From NCBI GenBank assembly GCA_964576595.1, contig CAZNVW010000001.1, positions 1-50,265 of the forward strand: a stretch of DNA of 50,265 bases, in the 5' to 3' direction. The position numbers and the translations under genes were made by a program. This DNA is from an uncultured Verrucomicrobiales bacterium (GTDB lineage: Bacteria > Verrucomicrobiota > Verrucomicrobiia > Verrucomicrobiales > Akkermansiaceae). How positions within the stretch are numbered: position 1 is the first letter of the stretch; each line of letters begins with the position of its first letter. Below, one piece after another: positions 30,114 through 38,109 of this stretch. The notes beneath the pieces were generated by a model. That model was given only the letters and a program-made list of their open reading frames with translations. It did no database searches and had not been told where the DNA came from.

Positions 30114-30476
30114 ATGAAACTTGGCCCGCTTTGTTTTGCCGTTCTTCTGTTTCCCCTGTTCACTCCCTCCTGTACAACCATCACAAACACGGGAAGTGGA
30201 AACGTAACTTCAACAGGACACTCGTTTCAACTCAATACCCCGTCAAATGGTATAAAAAATCCTTCTTCCAGTGCATCCGGAGCTTCTTCGACAGGTTCCT
30301 CATCGTCAGACTCTTCGGCAAAAACTCCGGCGCAAATCATGACGGAAAAAGCCGTGGCCGAGCGTAACGCAAAGTTGATTGCGGAAGGATGGACCATTGC
30401 CCCCAGCGGAAGGACTGCTACAAAGCCTGTAGATCCCGCCTATCCCAATGGAGTAAAGGAAATAAAATACTTTTAA
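30114..30476 (+). CDS. Small Ser-rich secreted protein/lipoprotein, hypothetical
   Basis: [20 protein letters not shown] is a signal peptide ending in Cys. It is followed by a Ser/Thr/Gly-rich linker and a short C-terminal domain. No family recognised. Confidence 0.5.
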   Translation: MKLGPLCFAVLLFPLFTPSCTTITNTGSGNVTSTGHSFQLNTPSNGIKNPSSSASGASSTGSSSSDSSAKTPAQIMTEKAVAERNAKLIAEGWTIAPSGRTATKPVDPAYPNGVKEIKYF

Positions 30477-30495
30477 CCACTGGATTGCGGTTTCC

Positions 30496-31260
30496 TTACA
30501 ACACCGGGCGCACGGGAATGCCGCGCCCGGCAAAGTATTGCTTCGCCTCGGGGATGCTGTGCTCGCCGAAGTGGAAGATGGAGGCGGCCAGTACGGCGTC
30601 GGCATGCCCCTCCCGGAGGACTTCGACCATATGGTCGAGATTTCCCGCGCCGCCGGAGGCGATGACAGGTATTTTGACCGACTCGCTGACTTTTCTCGTC
30701 AGCTCGATATCGTACCCGGCCTTGGTGCCGTCGGCATCCATGCTGGTAAGGAGTATTTCTCCCGCGCCCCGGCGCTCCGCCTCTTTGGCCCATTCAATGG
30801 CGTCCAGGCCAAAGGGCTTGCGGCCGCCATGGGTATAGACGCCCCATTTACCCTCTCCCTCCCGCTTGGCGTCAATGGCGACGACGATGCATTGGCAGCC
30901 GAAGGCCCTGGCCCCCTCGTTAATGAGATCGGGGTTGTGCAGGGCGGCGGTATTGAGAGAGACTTTGTCGGCTCCTGCCAGCAGCATTTCCCGCATGTCT
31001 TCGACCGTACGGATGCCGCCGCCGACGGTCAGAGGCATGAAACAGCGGTCGGCAGTGCGGCGGATGACGTCCACCATGGTGGCGCGCCCGTCCGAACTCG
31101 CCGTAATGTCGAGGAAGACAAGCTCGTCGGCCTGCTGTTTGTCGTAGGCGACGGCGCACTCGACGGGGTCTCCCGCGTCACGCAGATTGACAAAGTTCGT
31201 TCCTTTGACCACGCGGCCGTTCGTTACGTCCAGACAGGGGATGATTCTCTTGGCAAGCAC
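30496..31260 (-). CDS. hisF: Imidazole glycerol phosphate synthase cyclase subunit HisF
   Basis: (M)[40 protein letters not shown] and ASGGAG. The probable GTG start at 31260 gives the canonical N-terminus. The listed ORF extends to a TTG at 31296. Confidence 0.92.
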   Translation of the reverse strand: MLAKRIIPCLDVTNGRVVKGTNFVNLRDAGDPVECAVAYDKQQADELVFLDITASSDGRATMVDVIRRTADRCFMPLTVGGGIRTVEDMREMLLAGADKVSLNTAALHNPDLINEGARAFGCQCIVVAIDAKREGEGKWGVYTHGGRKPFGLDAIEWAKEAERRGAGEILLTSMDADGTKAGYDIELTRKVSESVKIPVIASGGAGNLDHMVEVLREGHADAVLAASIFHFGEHSIPEAKQYFAGRGIPVRPVL

Positions 31261-31339
31261 GGGGAGGATAAAGCCATGTTCCCCGTATAAAATCAATGAG
31301 AAAGGGCGTCAAACAATCCGCCCGGAGAAAACGAGGCGT

Positions 31340-31439
31340 CCCGCCCGCCTGTCCCGAAAAGAAATTCCGCCGGCCCGGCTGTGCCTGTCTTCTGACGCAA
31401 TAGGGCGGTATTTCCATTTACTTGAAAGGGCGGGCGGGA
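31340..31439 (+). promoter_or_regulatory. Candidate structured 5' leader of ribBA (long-range GC stem)
   Basis: tcccgcccgcc (31339-31349) is perfectly complementary to ggcgggcggga (31429-31439), which ends 12 nt before the ribBA ATG. An alternative partner, gggcgg, lies at 31403-31408. Confidence 0.3.
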
Positions 31440-31451
31440 TATTATCCGCGC

Positions 31452-32663
31452 ATGAGTACCTCCTCCCCCAGCGTCCGGATCAGCCCGATTGAAGAGATCA
31501 TTGAAGATATCAAGGCGGGACGCATGGTCATCATCACAGACGATCCCGACCGGGAAAACGAGGCCGATATTATTTGCGCGGCGGAGACGATTACGCCCGA
31601 CCAGATTTCTTTCATGGTCACTCACGCGAGAGGCCTGATTTGCGCGCCCCTGTCGCCGGAGCGTTGCGACGAGCTGGAGCTGCCCCTGATGACCTCGGTC
31701 AACCGGGAAAAGATGAGCACGGCCTTCACTGTTTCCGTAGATGCGGCGGAAGGCATTACAACGGGCATCAGCTCCTATGACCGGGCCAGGACGATCAAGC
31801 TGCTCGGCACCAAAGGCTGCGGCAAACACGACTTTGTCCAGCCCGGCCACCTGTTCCCCCTCCGCGCCGTCGAGGGCGGCGTCCTGCGCCGGAGCGGGCA
31901 CACGGAGGCGACAGTCGATCTCATGCGCCTCGCGGGACTGACCCAGGCCGGGGTATGCTGTGAGATCATGAAGGACGACGGCACCATGGCCCGGCTCGGC
32001 GATATGGGCGAGTACCAGCGCAAACACGGTCTCAAGGTGGGCACGATCGCCGATCTTATCGAGTACAGACGCCGCCGGGAGCAGCTCGTCCGCAAGGTCA
32101 CGACCATTCACCTCCCGACCGACTACGGCGATTTTATCTGCCACCTGTATGAATCGACCGTGGACGGGCAGACGCATCTCGCCCTCGTGCACGGGGATAT
32201 ATCCGGCGACCAGCCGACTCTTGTGCGCGTACACAGCGAGTGTCTGACCGGAGATGTCTTCGGCTCCCGCCGGTGCGACTGCGGCTCCCAGCTCCACGCC
32301 GCCATGAAGCGCGTCTCCCGGGAGGGCGGCGTCATCCTCTATCTCCGGCAGGAAGGGCGCGGCATCGGCCTCTCCGCCAAGCTCCAGGCCTACAAGCTCC
32401 AGGAGGAAGGGCTGGACACCGTGGACGCCAATCTCAAGCTCGGCTACCCCGAAGATCTCCGGGAGTACGGCATGGGCGCGCAAATGCTCCACGATCTCGG
32501 CGTACGCAAGCTCCGGCTGATGACCAACAATCCCAAGAAAGTCGTCGGGCTGCAGGGGCACGGGCTGGAAATCACGGAGCAGATCCCCATTGTCTTCGCC
32601 CCCAATGACGACAACCGCGCCTATCTGGAGACCAAACGCACCCGGATGGGACATCTTCTCTGA
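31452..32663 (+). CDS. ribBA: Bifunctional 3,4-dihydroxy-2-butanone-4-phosphate synthase / GTP cyclohydrolase II
   Basis: DHBP synthase half (DDPDRENEADIICAAE, RSGHTEATVDL) and GCH-II half (VRVHSECLTGDVFGSRRCDCG, YLRQEGRGIGL). Confidence 0.93.
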   Translation: MSTSSPSVRISPIEEIIEDIKAGRMVIITDDPDRENEADIICAAETITPDQISFMVTHARGLICAPLSPERCDELELPLMTSVNREKMSTAFTVSVDAAEGITTGISSYDRARTIKLLGTKGCGKHDFVQPGHLFPLRAVEGGVLRRSGHTEATVDLMRLAGLTQAGVCCEIMKDDGTMARLGDMGEYQRKHGLKVGTIADLIEYRRRREQLVRKVTTIHLPTDYGDFICHLYESTVDGQTHLALVHGDISGDQPTLVRVHSECLTGDVFGSRRCDCGSQLHAAMKRVSREGGVILYLRQEGRGIGLSAKLQAYKLQEEGLDTVDANLKLGYPEDLREYGMGAQMLHDLGVRKLRLMTNNPKKVVGLQGHGLEITEQIPIVFAPNDDNRAYLETKRTRMGHLL

Positions 32664-32745
32664 GCTTTCCTTCGTTCGGCCCGGGGTCTTTCCCCGGAAT
32701 CCGATGATTGACTTTTGCCTTGTTATTTCTTAAGTAATCCCCGCC

Positions 32746-33243
32746 ATGTCCTCCGCCTCGCTCCCCTGCCCGCGCCCTTTCGAATCGAAAAGCGCCATCG
32801 GCATCGTTGCCTCACGGTTCAACGAAGCGCATACGGATGCCCTGGTCGCCCGTTGTCTGGAAGAGCTGAAAGTTCTCGCGCCCCAGGCCGACGTCACCGT
32901 CATCCGCGTACCGGGAGCTTTTGAAATTCCCGTCGCCATCCGGGCCATGGCGGCCTCCGTCACGCCCCCCGACGCCATTATTTCCTTTGGCGTCATCATC
33001 CGGGGCGGTACGGAGCACGGCGACCTGATCGCTACCTCCGTAACACAGGCTCTCCAGGATCTCGCCGTCGCCCACGGCGTGCCCGTCATCAATCAGGTCC
33101 TGCTGGTCAACAACGACGAGCAGGCCGACGAACGTTGTTTCGGCGAAGAGCTGAATCGCGGCGTCGAAGGCGCGAGAGCCGCCGCCGCCATGCTGGACGT
33201 ACGTCAGCAACTCCTTTCCCATTATCCTCAAAAGCATGTCTGA
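32746..33243 (+). CDS. ribH: 6,7-dimethyl-8-ribityllumazine synthase
   Basis: IGIVASRFNEAHTDAL, VIRVPGAFEIP and GVIIRGGTEHGDLI. Confidence 0.92.
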   Translation: MSSASLPCPRPFESKSAIGIVASRFNEAHTDALVARCLEELKVLAPQADVTVIRVPGAFEIPVAIRAMAASVTPPDAIISFGVIIRGGTEHGDLIATSVTQALQDLAVAHGVPVINQVLLVNNDEQADERCFGEELNRGVEGARAAAAMLDVRQQLLSHYPQKHV

Positions 33244-34132
33244 CCGCCACCAAATACGAGAAACCGCCGTACAGCTTCTCTACAGCCTCCAACTGGAAGG
33301 CTCCGTCCCGTCGCCGTCCGACTCCTTCGAGGAGTTCTGGAGCGTTCTTCTGGAACAAGACCTGATCCGCATTCAGAATGCCAAAATCAAGCTGATCGAG
33401 CATCTCGTCCGGGACCGCGACAACAGGCTGGCCAAATTCGAAATCCGTCTGGCGGAAGCGCTGCCCGCACTCCAGGCCGAGCCCGCTACAAACGATCTGG
33501 CCGACATGCTCGTCAAGATTCAAAAGGACGAGCATACCTGGACTTCCCGTTTGCACAGTCTTTTCTCCGCCCCCAAGGCGGACCCGGACAATAAAACCGG
33601 AGAGACCGCCTCCGCGCTGAAGGAATTTTTTGCCATCAACTCCACGCTGATTCACGGGCGTACGCTGATGCTGGAACTGCAAGCCAACTATCCCGCCTTC
33701 CGTCCGCTTCTGGAGCCCCTGTCCGCCTCGGCGAAAAAACTTCAGGTAGTCGGCGAAAGCCTGATCCCCATCCAGTCGCCCCTCGGATACCCGGAAGACG
33801 CGGAAACGACCCACATCCGCAAGGCACAGCACAAAATGGATACCCTGCGCCAGGAAAGCAGCGCTCTTGTACACAAGGTCATCTCCCATCTCGACGAGAT
33901 CGACGGCGTACTCTCCCGGACTATTGAAAACTACTCTCCCGAGCGTCTCGGCCCCGTGGACCGGGCCGTCCTGCGCCTGGGCACCTACGAGCTTCTGTTC
34001 CGCCCGGACGTCCCGATGCCCGTCGCCATTTCCGAGGCTCTCGATACGGCCACCCGCTTCTCCGGCTCCGACTCCGCCCGCTTTGTCAACGGCATCCTCG
34101 ACAAGGTAGGCAAAGACGCCGCCCGCGCCTAA
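33236..34132 (+). CDS. nusB: Transcription antitermination factor NusB, unusually long (298 aa)
   Basis: NusB-like N-terminal helix (RHQIRETAVQLLYSLQL) and C-terminal core (PVDRAVLRLGTYELLF...VAISEALDTATRFSGSDSARFVNGILDKV). The ATG overlaps the ribH stop by 8 nt, and ribH-nusB synteny is conserved. Confidence 0.8.
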   Translation: MSDRHQIRETAVQLLYSLQLEGSVPSPSDSFEEFWSVLLEQDLIRIQNAKIKLIEHLVRDRDNRLAKFEIRLAEALPALQAEPATNDLADMLVKIQKDEHTWTSRLHSLFSAPKADPDNKTGETASALKEFFAINSTLIHGRTLMLELQANYPAFRPLLEPLSASAKKLQVVGESLIPIQSPLGYPEDAETTHIRKAQHKMDTLRQESSALVHKVISHLDEIDGVLSRTIENYSPERLGPVDRAVLRLGTYELLFRPDVPMPVAISEALDTATRFSGSDSARFVNGILDKVGKDAARA

Positions 34133-34171
34133 GCCGCCCGGTTTGCACATCCCCTCTTTCCTACTCCACTT

Positions 34172-35017
34172 ATGGCAGGCTTCTTTTCACGCATCTTTGA
34201 CAAATTCTCCCGCCGCAAAATCGACTGGGACGAGCTGGAAGCCGACCTCGTGTCTTCCGACATAGGCATACGTCTGGCCCTCTCCCTGGTGGACGGCCTC
34301 AGGGATCGGAGCGATGTCTCCCCCGAGGACGTCATCCTCTCCGCCAAGCGCAAAATAGGAGACATCCTCCCCCACGACGCGCTTCCCCTCCGCCCCCGTC
34401 CCGACGGCAAGCCGACAGTCATTCTCGTCGTCGGCGTCAACGGTACGGGCAAGACCACCTCTTCCGCCAAACTCGCCCATACGCTGCGCAAAGCGGGCTA
34501 CTCCACCCTGCTGGCCGCCGCCGACACCTTCCGCGCCGCGGCTGTCGAGCAACTCGAGGCCTGGGCTCACAAGCTCTCCCTGCCCCTCTACAAGGGCCGG
34601 GACAATCAGGACCCCTCCTCCGTCTGCTTCGAAGCCCACGCGCAGGCCCTGCAGGACGGCACCCAGTTTGTCATCTGCGACACGGCGGGCCGTCTCCACA
34701 CCCGCCACAATCTGATGGAGGAGCTGGCAAAAATACGGCGCACCCTCGCCAAGCAGGACGAGACCGCGCCCCACAAGACCTATCTGGTCGTCGATGCGAC
34801 CACGGGAGCCAACGCGCTCGCCCAGGCAAAAGAATTTCGCAAGGCTACGCCTTTGGACGGTCTCATCGTCACCAAACTGGACGGCTCGGGCAAGGGAGGA
34901 GTCGCCGTGGCGATCATGGACGAGTTGAACATTCCCCCGGCCTACATCGGCACGGGAGAAGGGGCGGACGATTTCTCCCTCTTCTGCAAGGAATCCTTTA
35001 TCGAAACCCTGCTCTAA
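34172..35017 (+). CDS. ftsY: Signal recognition particle receptor FtsY (NG domain only)
   Basis: VILVVGVNGTGKTTSSAKLA, LAAADTFRAAAVEQL, DTAGRLH and TKLDGSGKGG. Confidence 0.92.
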   Translation: MAGFFSRIFDKFSRRKIDWDELEADLVSSDIGIRLALSLVDGLRDRSDVSPEDVILSAKRKIGDILPHDALPLRPRPDGKPTVILVVGVNGTGKTTSSAKLAHTLRKAGYSTLLAAADTFRAAAVEQLEAWAHKLSLPLYKGRDNQDPSSVCFEAHAQALQDGTQFVICDTAGRLHTRHNLMEELAKIRRTLAKQDETAPHKTYLVVDATTGANALAQAKEFRKATPLDGLIVTKLDGSGKGGVAVAIMDELNIPPAYIGTGEGADDFSLFCKESFIETLL

Positions 35018-35023
35018 GCCGTC

Positions 35024-35977
35024 ATGCCCGCCCTGCCCGTCTTTTTCCGCCCGGTCGTGTTTCCCCGTATCTGGGGAGGCCGCGATCTGGAAAAACGCTT
35101 TCACCGCCCCCTGCCCGACGACGGACAGGCCTATGGAGAGTCGTGGGAAATCTCCGACCGCCCGGAGCTGTCAAGCGAGGTCATCTCGGGAGAGTTCTCC
35201 GGTGTGACGCTGCATGATCTCTGGACCGGAAAACGCGAGGAACTCTTTGGCCGCGGTTATGAGCGCTTTGACCGCTTCCCCCTCCTCTGCAAAATTCTGG
35301 ATGCGAAAGACAAACTCTCCATACAAGTTCACCCGCCCGCCTCTGCCGCGCCGGCTCTCGGCGGAGAGCCCAAAACGGAAATCTGGTATATCGCCGAGGC
35401 GGCTCCCGGAGCCATCCTGTACTCAGGATGGAAACAGGAAACCACCCGCGAAGAAGTGGAGCAGGCCGTCCGGTCTGGCAGCCTGGAATCCCTGATTCAC
35501 ACCATATGCCCGGCGAGAGGAGAGTCCCTGTTCATCCCCAGCGGGCGCATCCATGCCATTGGCGCGGGACTGCAAATTTTTGAGATTCAGGAAAACAGCG
35601 ACACGACCTATCGCCTGTACGACTGGAACCGGACGGACGATCAAGGGCGCCCGAGGGAGCTCCACGTCAGCCAGTCCCTGCAAAGCATCCATCTCGACGA
35701 CATCCGCCCCCAGGCCCGCCCGGCGGAACCGGGCACCCTGGCCGACACGCCCGAGTTCCGGCTGGAAGAAATTCTTCTGAAAAAAGGCGATCTCCTCACC
35801 CAGCAGGACCCGGAACATTTTGCCCTGGCCGTAGTTGCGGAAGGCACTCTGGATTTTGGCGAAGGAGTTATCGCTCAAAGCGGCGACTTCTTCCTGCTGC
35901 CCCGGCAGGCCGCCGGAGGCGTCTCCCGCGCGGGAGACAGCAAAGTCCTGTACTGCACCGTTCCCGTCCGGGACTGA
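35024..35977 (+). CDS. manA: Mannose-6-phosphate isomerase, class I
   Basis: VWGG..., GESWEIS, FPLLCKILDAKDKLSIQVHP and SGRIHAIG, consistent with type I PMI of the cupin fold. Confidence 0.85.
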   Translation: MPALPVFFRPVVFPRIWGGRDLEKRFHRPLPDDGQAYGESWEISDRPELSSEVISGEFSGVTLHDLWTGKREELFGRGYERFDRFPLLCKILDAKDKLSIQVHPPASAAPALGGEPKTEIWYIAEAAPGAILYSGWKQETTREEVEQAVRSGSLESLIHTICPARGESLFIPSGRIHAIGAGLQIFEIQENSDTTYRLYDWNRTDDQGRPRELHVSQSLQSIHLDDIRPQARPAEPGTLADTPEFRLEEILLKKGDLLTQQDPEHFALAVVAEGTLDFGEGVIAQSGDFFLLPRQAAGGVSRAGDSKVLYCTVPVRD

Positions 35978-35992
35978 CCGCCTCCCATTATT

Positions 35993-37066
35993 ATGCCGGA
36001 CTCCCTCCTATCCCTCACCCCAGAAGAGCTGACTGCCGCAGTCAAAGATCTGGGGCAGCCCGCCTTCCGGGCCAAGCAGATTCTGGAATGGGTCTGGAAA
36101 AAGCGCGTCTCCTCCTGGGACGAGATGCACAATGTCCCCGCCGCCCTGAGGAATGCCCTCGCCGAGCGTTACGTCCTCCGCACCCTGGCTCATGTCCAGA
36201 CGCAGGCGCAGGAATACGGGGGGACGCGAAAATTCCTCTACAGGCTGGATGACGGCCGCTATATCGAGTCCGTCCTGCTTCCGGCTTCCCAGGCCCTGTT
36301 TGGAGAAGACTCCGACCGCCAGACCCTGTGCGTCTCATCGCAAGTAGGCTGCGCCTTTGGCTGCCGCTTCTGCGCCTCCGGTCTGAACGGTTTTACCCGT
36401 GACCTGCGCGCGGATGAAATCGTCGAGCAAGTACTCCAGGCAGAGGCTCTCAGCGGGCAGAGGGTCAACAATCTTGTCTTCATGGGCATGGGCGAACCTC
36501 TCGCCAACTGGGACAACTTCACCCGCGCGCTGGATGCCATCAACGCGCCCTGGGGCCTTACGATCGGAGCCAGACATCTGACTCTCTCCTCCTCGGGCCA
36601 CGCTCCCCACATCCGCCGGCTGGCCGACGATCCCCGGCAAATCCGGCTCGCCATTTCCCTGCACGGAGCCACCAATGAAGTACGGGAGCAAATCATGCCC
36701 GTCAATAAAAAGTGGCCTCTGGAAACCCTGTTTGACGCGCTCGATTACTGGACGTCCCAGAAGAAGCAGATGATTACCTTTGAGTACATCCTGATCGACG
36801 GAGTCAACAACAGCCCGGAGCAAATGCGCCTGCTGGCCGCCCATGCCCGCCGCTTTCACGCCAAGGTCAACCTCATCCCCTACAATACGGTGGACGGCCT
36901 CCCCTGGAAACGCCCCTCAGAATCCGACTGCTACCAGTTCCGCGACGGTCTCATTCAGGCTGGCGTCTCCGTCACCATGCGAATGGAAAAGGGCGGCGAA
37001 ATTGACGCGGCCTGCGGCCAGCTGCGGCTCAAAAAGGAAACCGAGGAAGGTCTCATCGCCCCCTGA
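35993..37066 (+). CDS. rlmN: 23S rRNA/tRNA (adenine-C2)-methyltransferase RlmN (radical SAM)
   Basis: FRAKQILEWVW, CVSSQVGCAFGCRFCASG, NLVFMGMGEPLAN and the C-terminal AACGQL. Confidence 0.93.
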   Translation: MPDSLLSLTPEELTAAVKDLGQPAFRAKQILEWVWKKRVSSWDEMHNVPAALRNALAERYVLRTLAHVQTQAQEYGGTRKFLYRLDDGRYIESVLLPASQALFGEDSDRQTLCVSSQVGCAFGCRFCASGLNGFTRDLRADEIVEQVLQAEALSGQRVNNLVFMGMGEPLANWDNFTRALDAINAPWGLTIGARHLTLSSSGHAPHIRRLADDPRQIRLAISLHGATNEVREQIMPVNKKWPLETLFDALDYWTSQKKQMITFEYILIDGVNNSPEQMRLLAAHARRFHAKVNLIPYNTVDGLPWKRPSESDCYQFRDGLIQAGVSVTMRMEKGGEIDAACGQLRLKKETEEGLIAP

Positions 37067-37153
37067 TTTCTCAAATAAAAAAAAGATTTAAGACTTTTAA
37101 ATTCAAAATTTTTCTTGAACTTATTCAAAAATAAGTTATTTAGAAAAAATAAC

Positions 37154-37651
37154 ATGTTTCGTATTATTTTTACGTTAATCATCCTTACTCTTGTACTCAT
37201 ATGGCCCACAGTCCAAGCCCAAGAAGAAAATCAGGATCAATGCCGCATTGATTTTGTCGCTGTCATTTATGGAAGCCCACTTGGCGAAAAATCTATAGAA
37301 ATCAAAGGAGCAGAAGCCGCCTTAAAACAAGCGACTAAATTAATTGCCAATGAACTTATCAAACAAATAGTAAAAAAAGCAAGTAATATTCTTGATATGG
37401 CAGGAAACCTTTCTACCTCCAGATTTGCTCATCATGTCAATATTATCTACGCTTATCGCTTTATTCACAAAGGAAAGCCCACTAGCGAATGGCAATTACA
37501 CTCGCAAAATAAACTTTTATCTCAAGCTGGTACAGACTACTTTTTTTCTTTATCTGAATCCAAGGAAAAAGCTCTAGATAGAATCGCCAAATTAGAAGAA
37601 GAACTCAATACACAACTCGAAAGTCAGTGTGAAGAACACAATAATCCTTAA
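37154..37651 (+). CDS. Hypothetical secreted protein (about 165 aa), low-GC cassette gene 1
   Basis: ATG at 37154 gives MFRIIFTLIILTLVLIWPTVQA/QEE (signal peptide). The C-terminus is coiled-coil-like (KEKALDRIAKLEEELNTQLE). No family recognised. Confidence 0.55.
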   Translation: MFRIIFTLIILTLVLIWPTVQAQEENQDQCRIDFVAVIYGSPLGEKSIEIKGAEAALKQATKLIANELIKQIVKKASNILDMAGNLSTSRFAHHVNIIYAYRFIHKGKPTSEWQLHSQNKLLSQAGTDYFFSLSESKEKALDRIAKLEEELNTQLESQCEEHNNP

Positions 37652-37668
37652 TTAACTATATCATAAAT

Positions 37669-38094
37669 ATGAATCATACATTAATAGCAAATTCAGTTCT
37701 TGTAGCACTTTTCTTTACTTTTCCGGTAGTTTTGTCTAATGAAATTTCTACTGTAAAACGACAGAAATGTGCAGATACAGAACTTGGATTGTCCAGTACC
37801 CATCCAATAGTCATCACTGAAAAATCCATAGAAAAAGCTGAAAATTTTGCTAAAAAACACATTAAGGAAAACTATCCTGAATATAAAATTAAAGCCATAT
37901 GTATGATGGATAACATGAATAATGGACATTCCACACAAACATATACTCTACAAAAAACGGATAAAGATAATCCCGAAAACAAAAAAACAGTAAAACTTTA
38001 CTTTGATGTAGAAATTGCTATGTCTGAATTCAGAAAAAAGAACGCAAAGGAAATACAAGAACGATTAAAAAAGATAGAAATCATACAACAATAA
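37669..38094 (+). CDS. Hypothetical secreted protein (141 aa), low-GC cassette gene 2
   Basis: MNHTLIANSVLVALFFTFPVVLS/NE is a signal peptide. The gene starts 17 nt after gene 1. No family recognised. Confidence 0.55.
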   Translation: MNHTLIANSVLVALFFTFPVVLSNEISTVKRQKCADTELGLSSTHPIVITEKSIEKAENFAKKHIKENYPEYKIKAICMMDNMNNGHSTQTYTLQKTDKDNPENKKTVKLYFDVEIAMSEFRKKNAKEIQERLKKIEIIQQ

Positions 38095-38109
38095 AAATAG
38101 CAAAAAAGA

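Noticed and set aside
31297-31451. A canonical FMN (RFN) riboswitch upstream of ribBA.
   Set aside because: I looked for the conserved RFN cores (GGGTGAAATTCCC-ACCGGCGGT, AGCCCGCGA, GCCGACAGT, AGTCTGGATGG) and found only a loose gaaattccgccgg. That is not enough to call RF00050. The structural observation is reported separately as a low-confidence finding.
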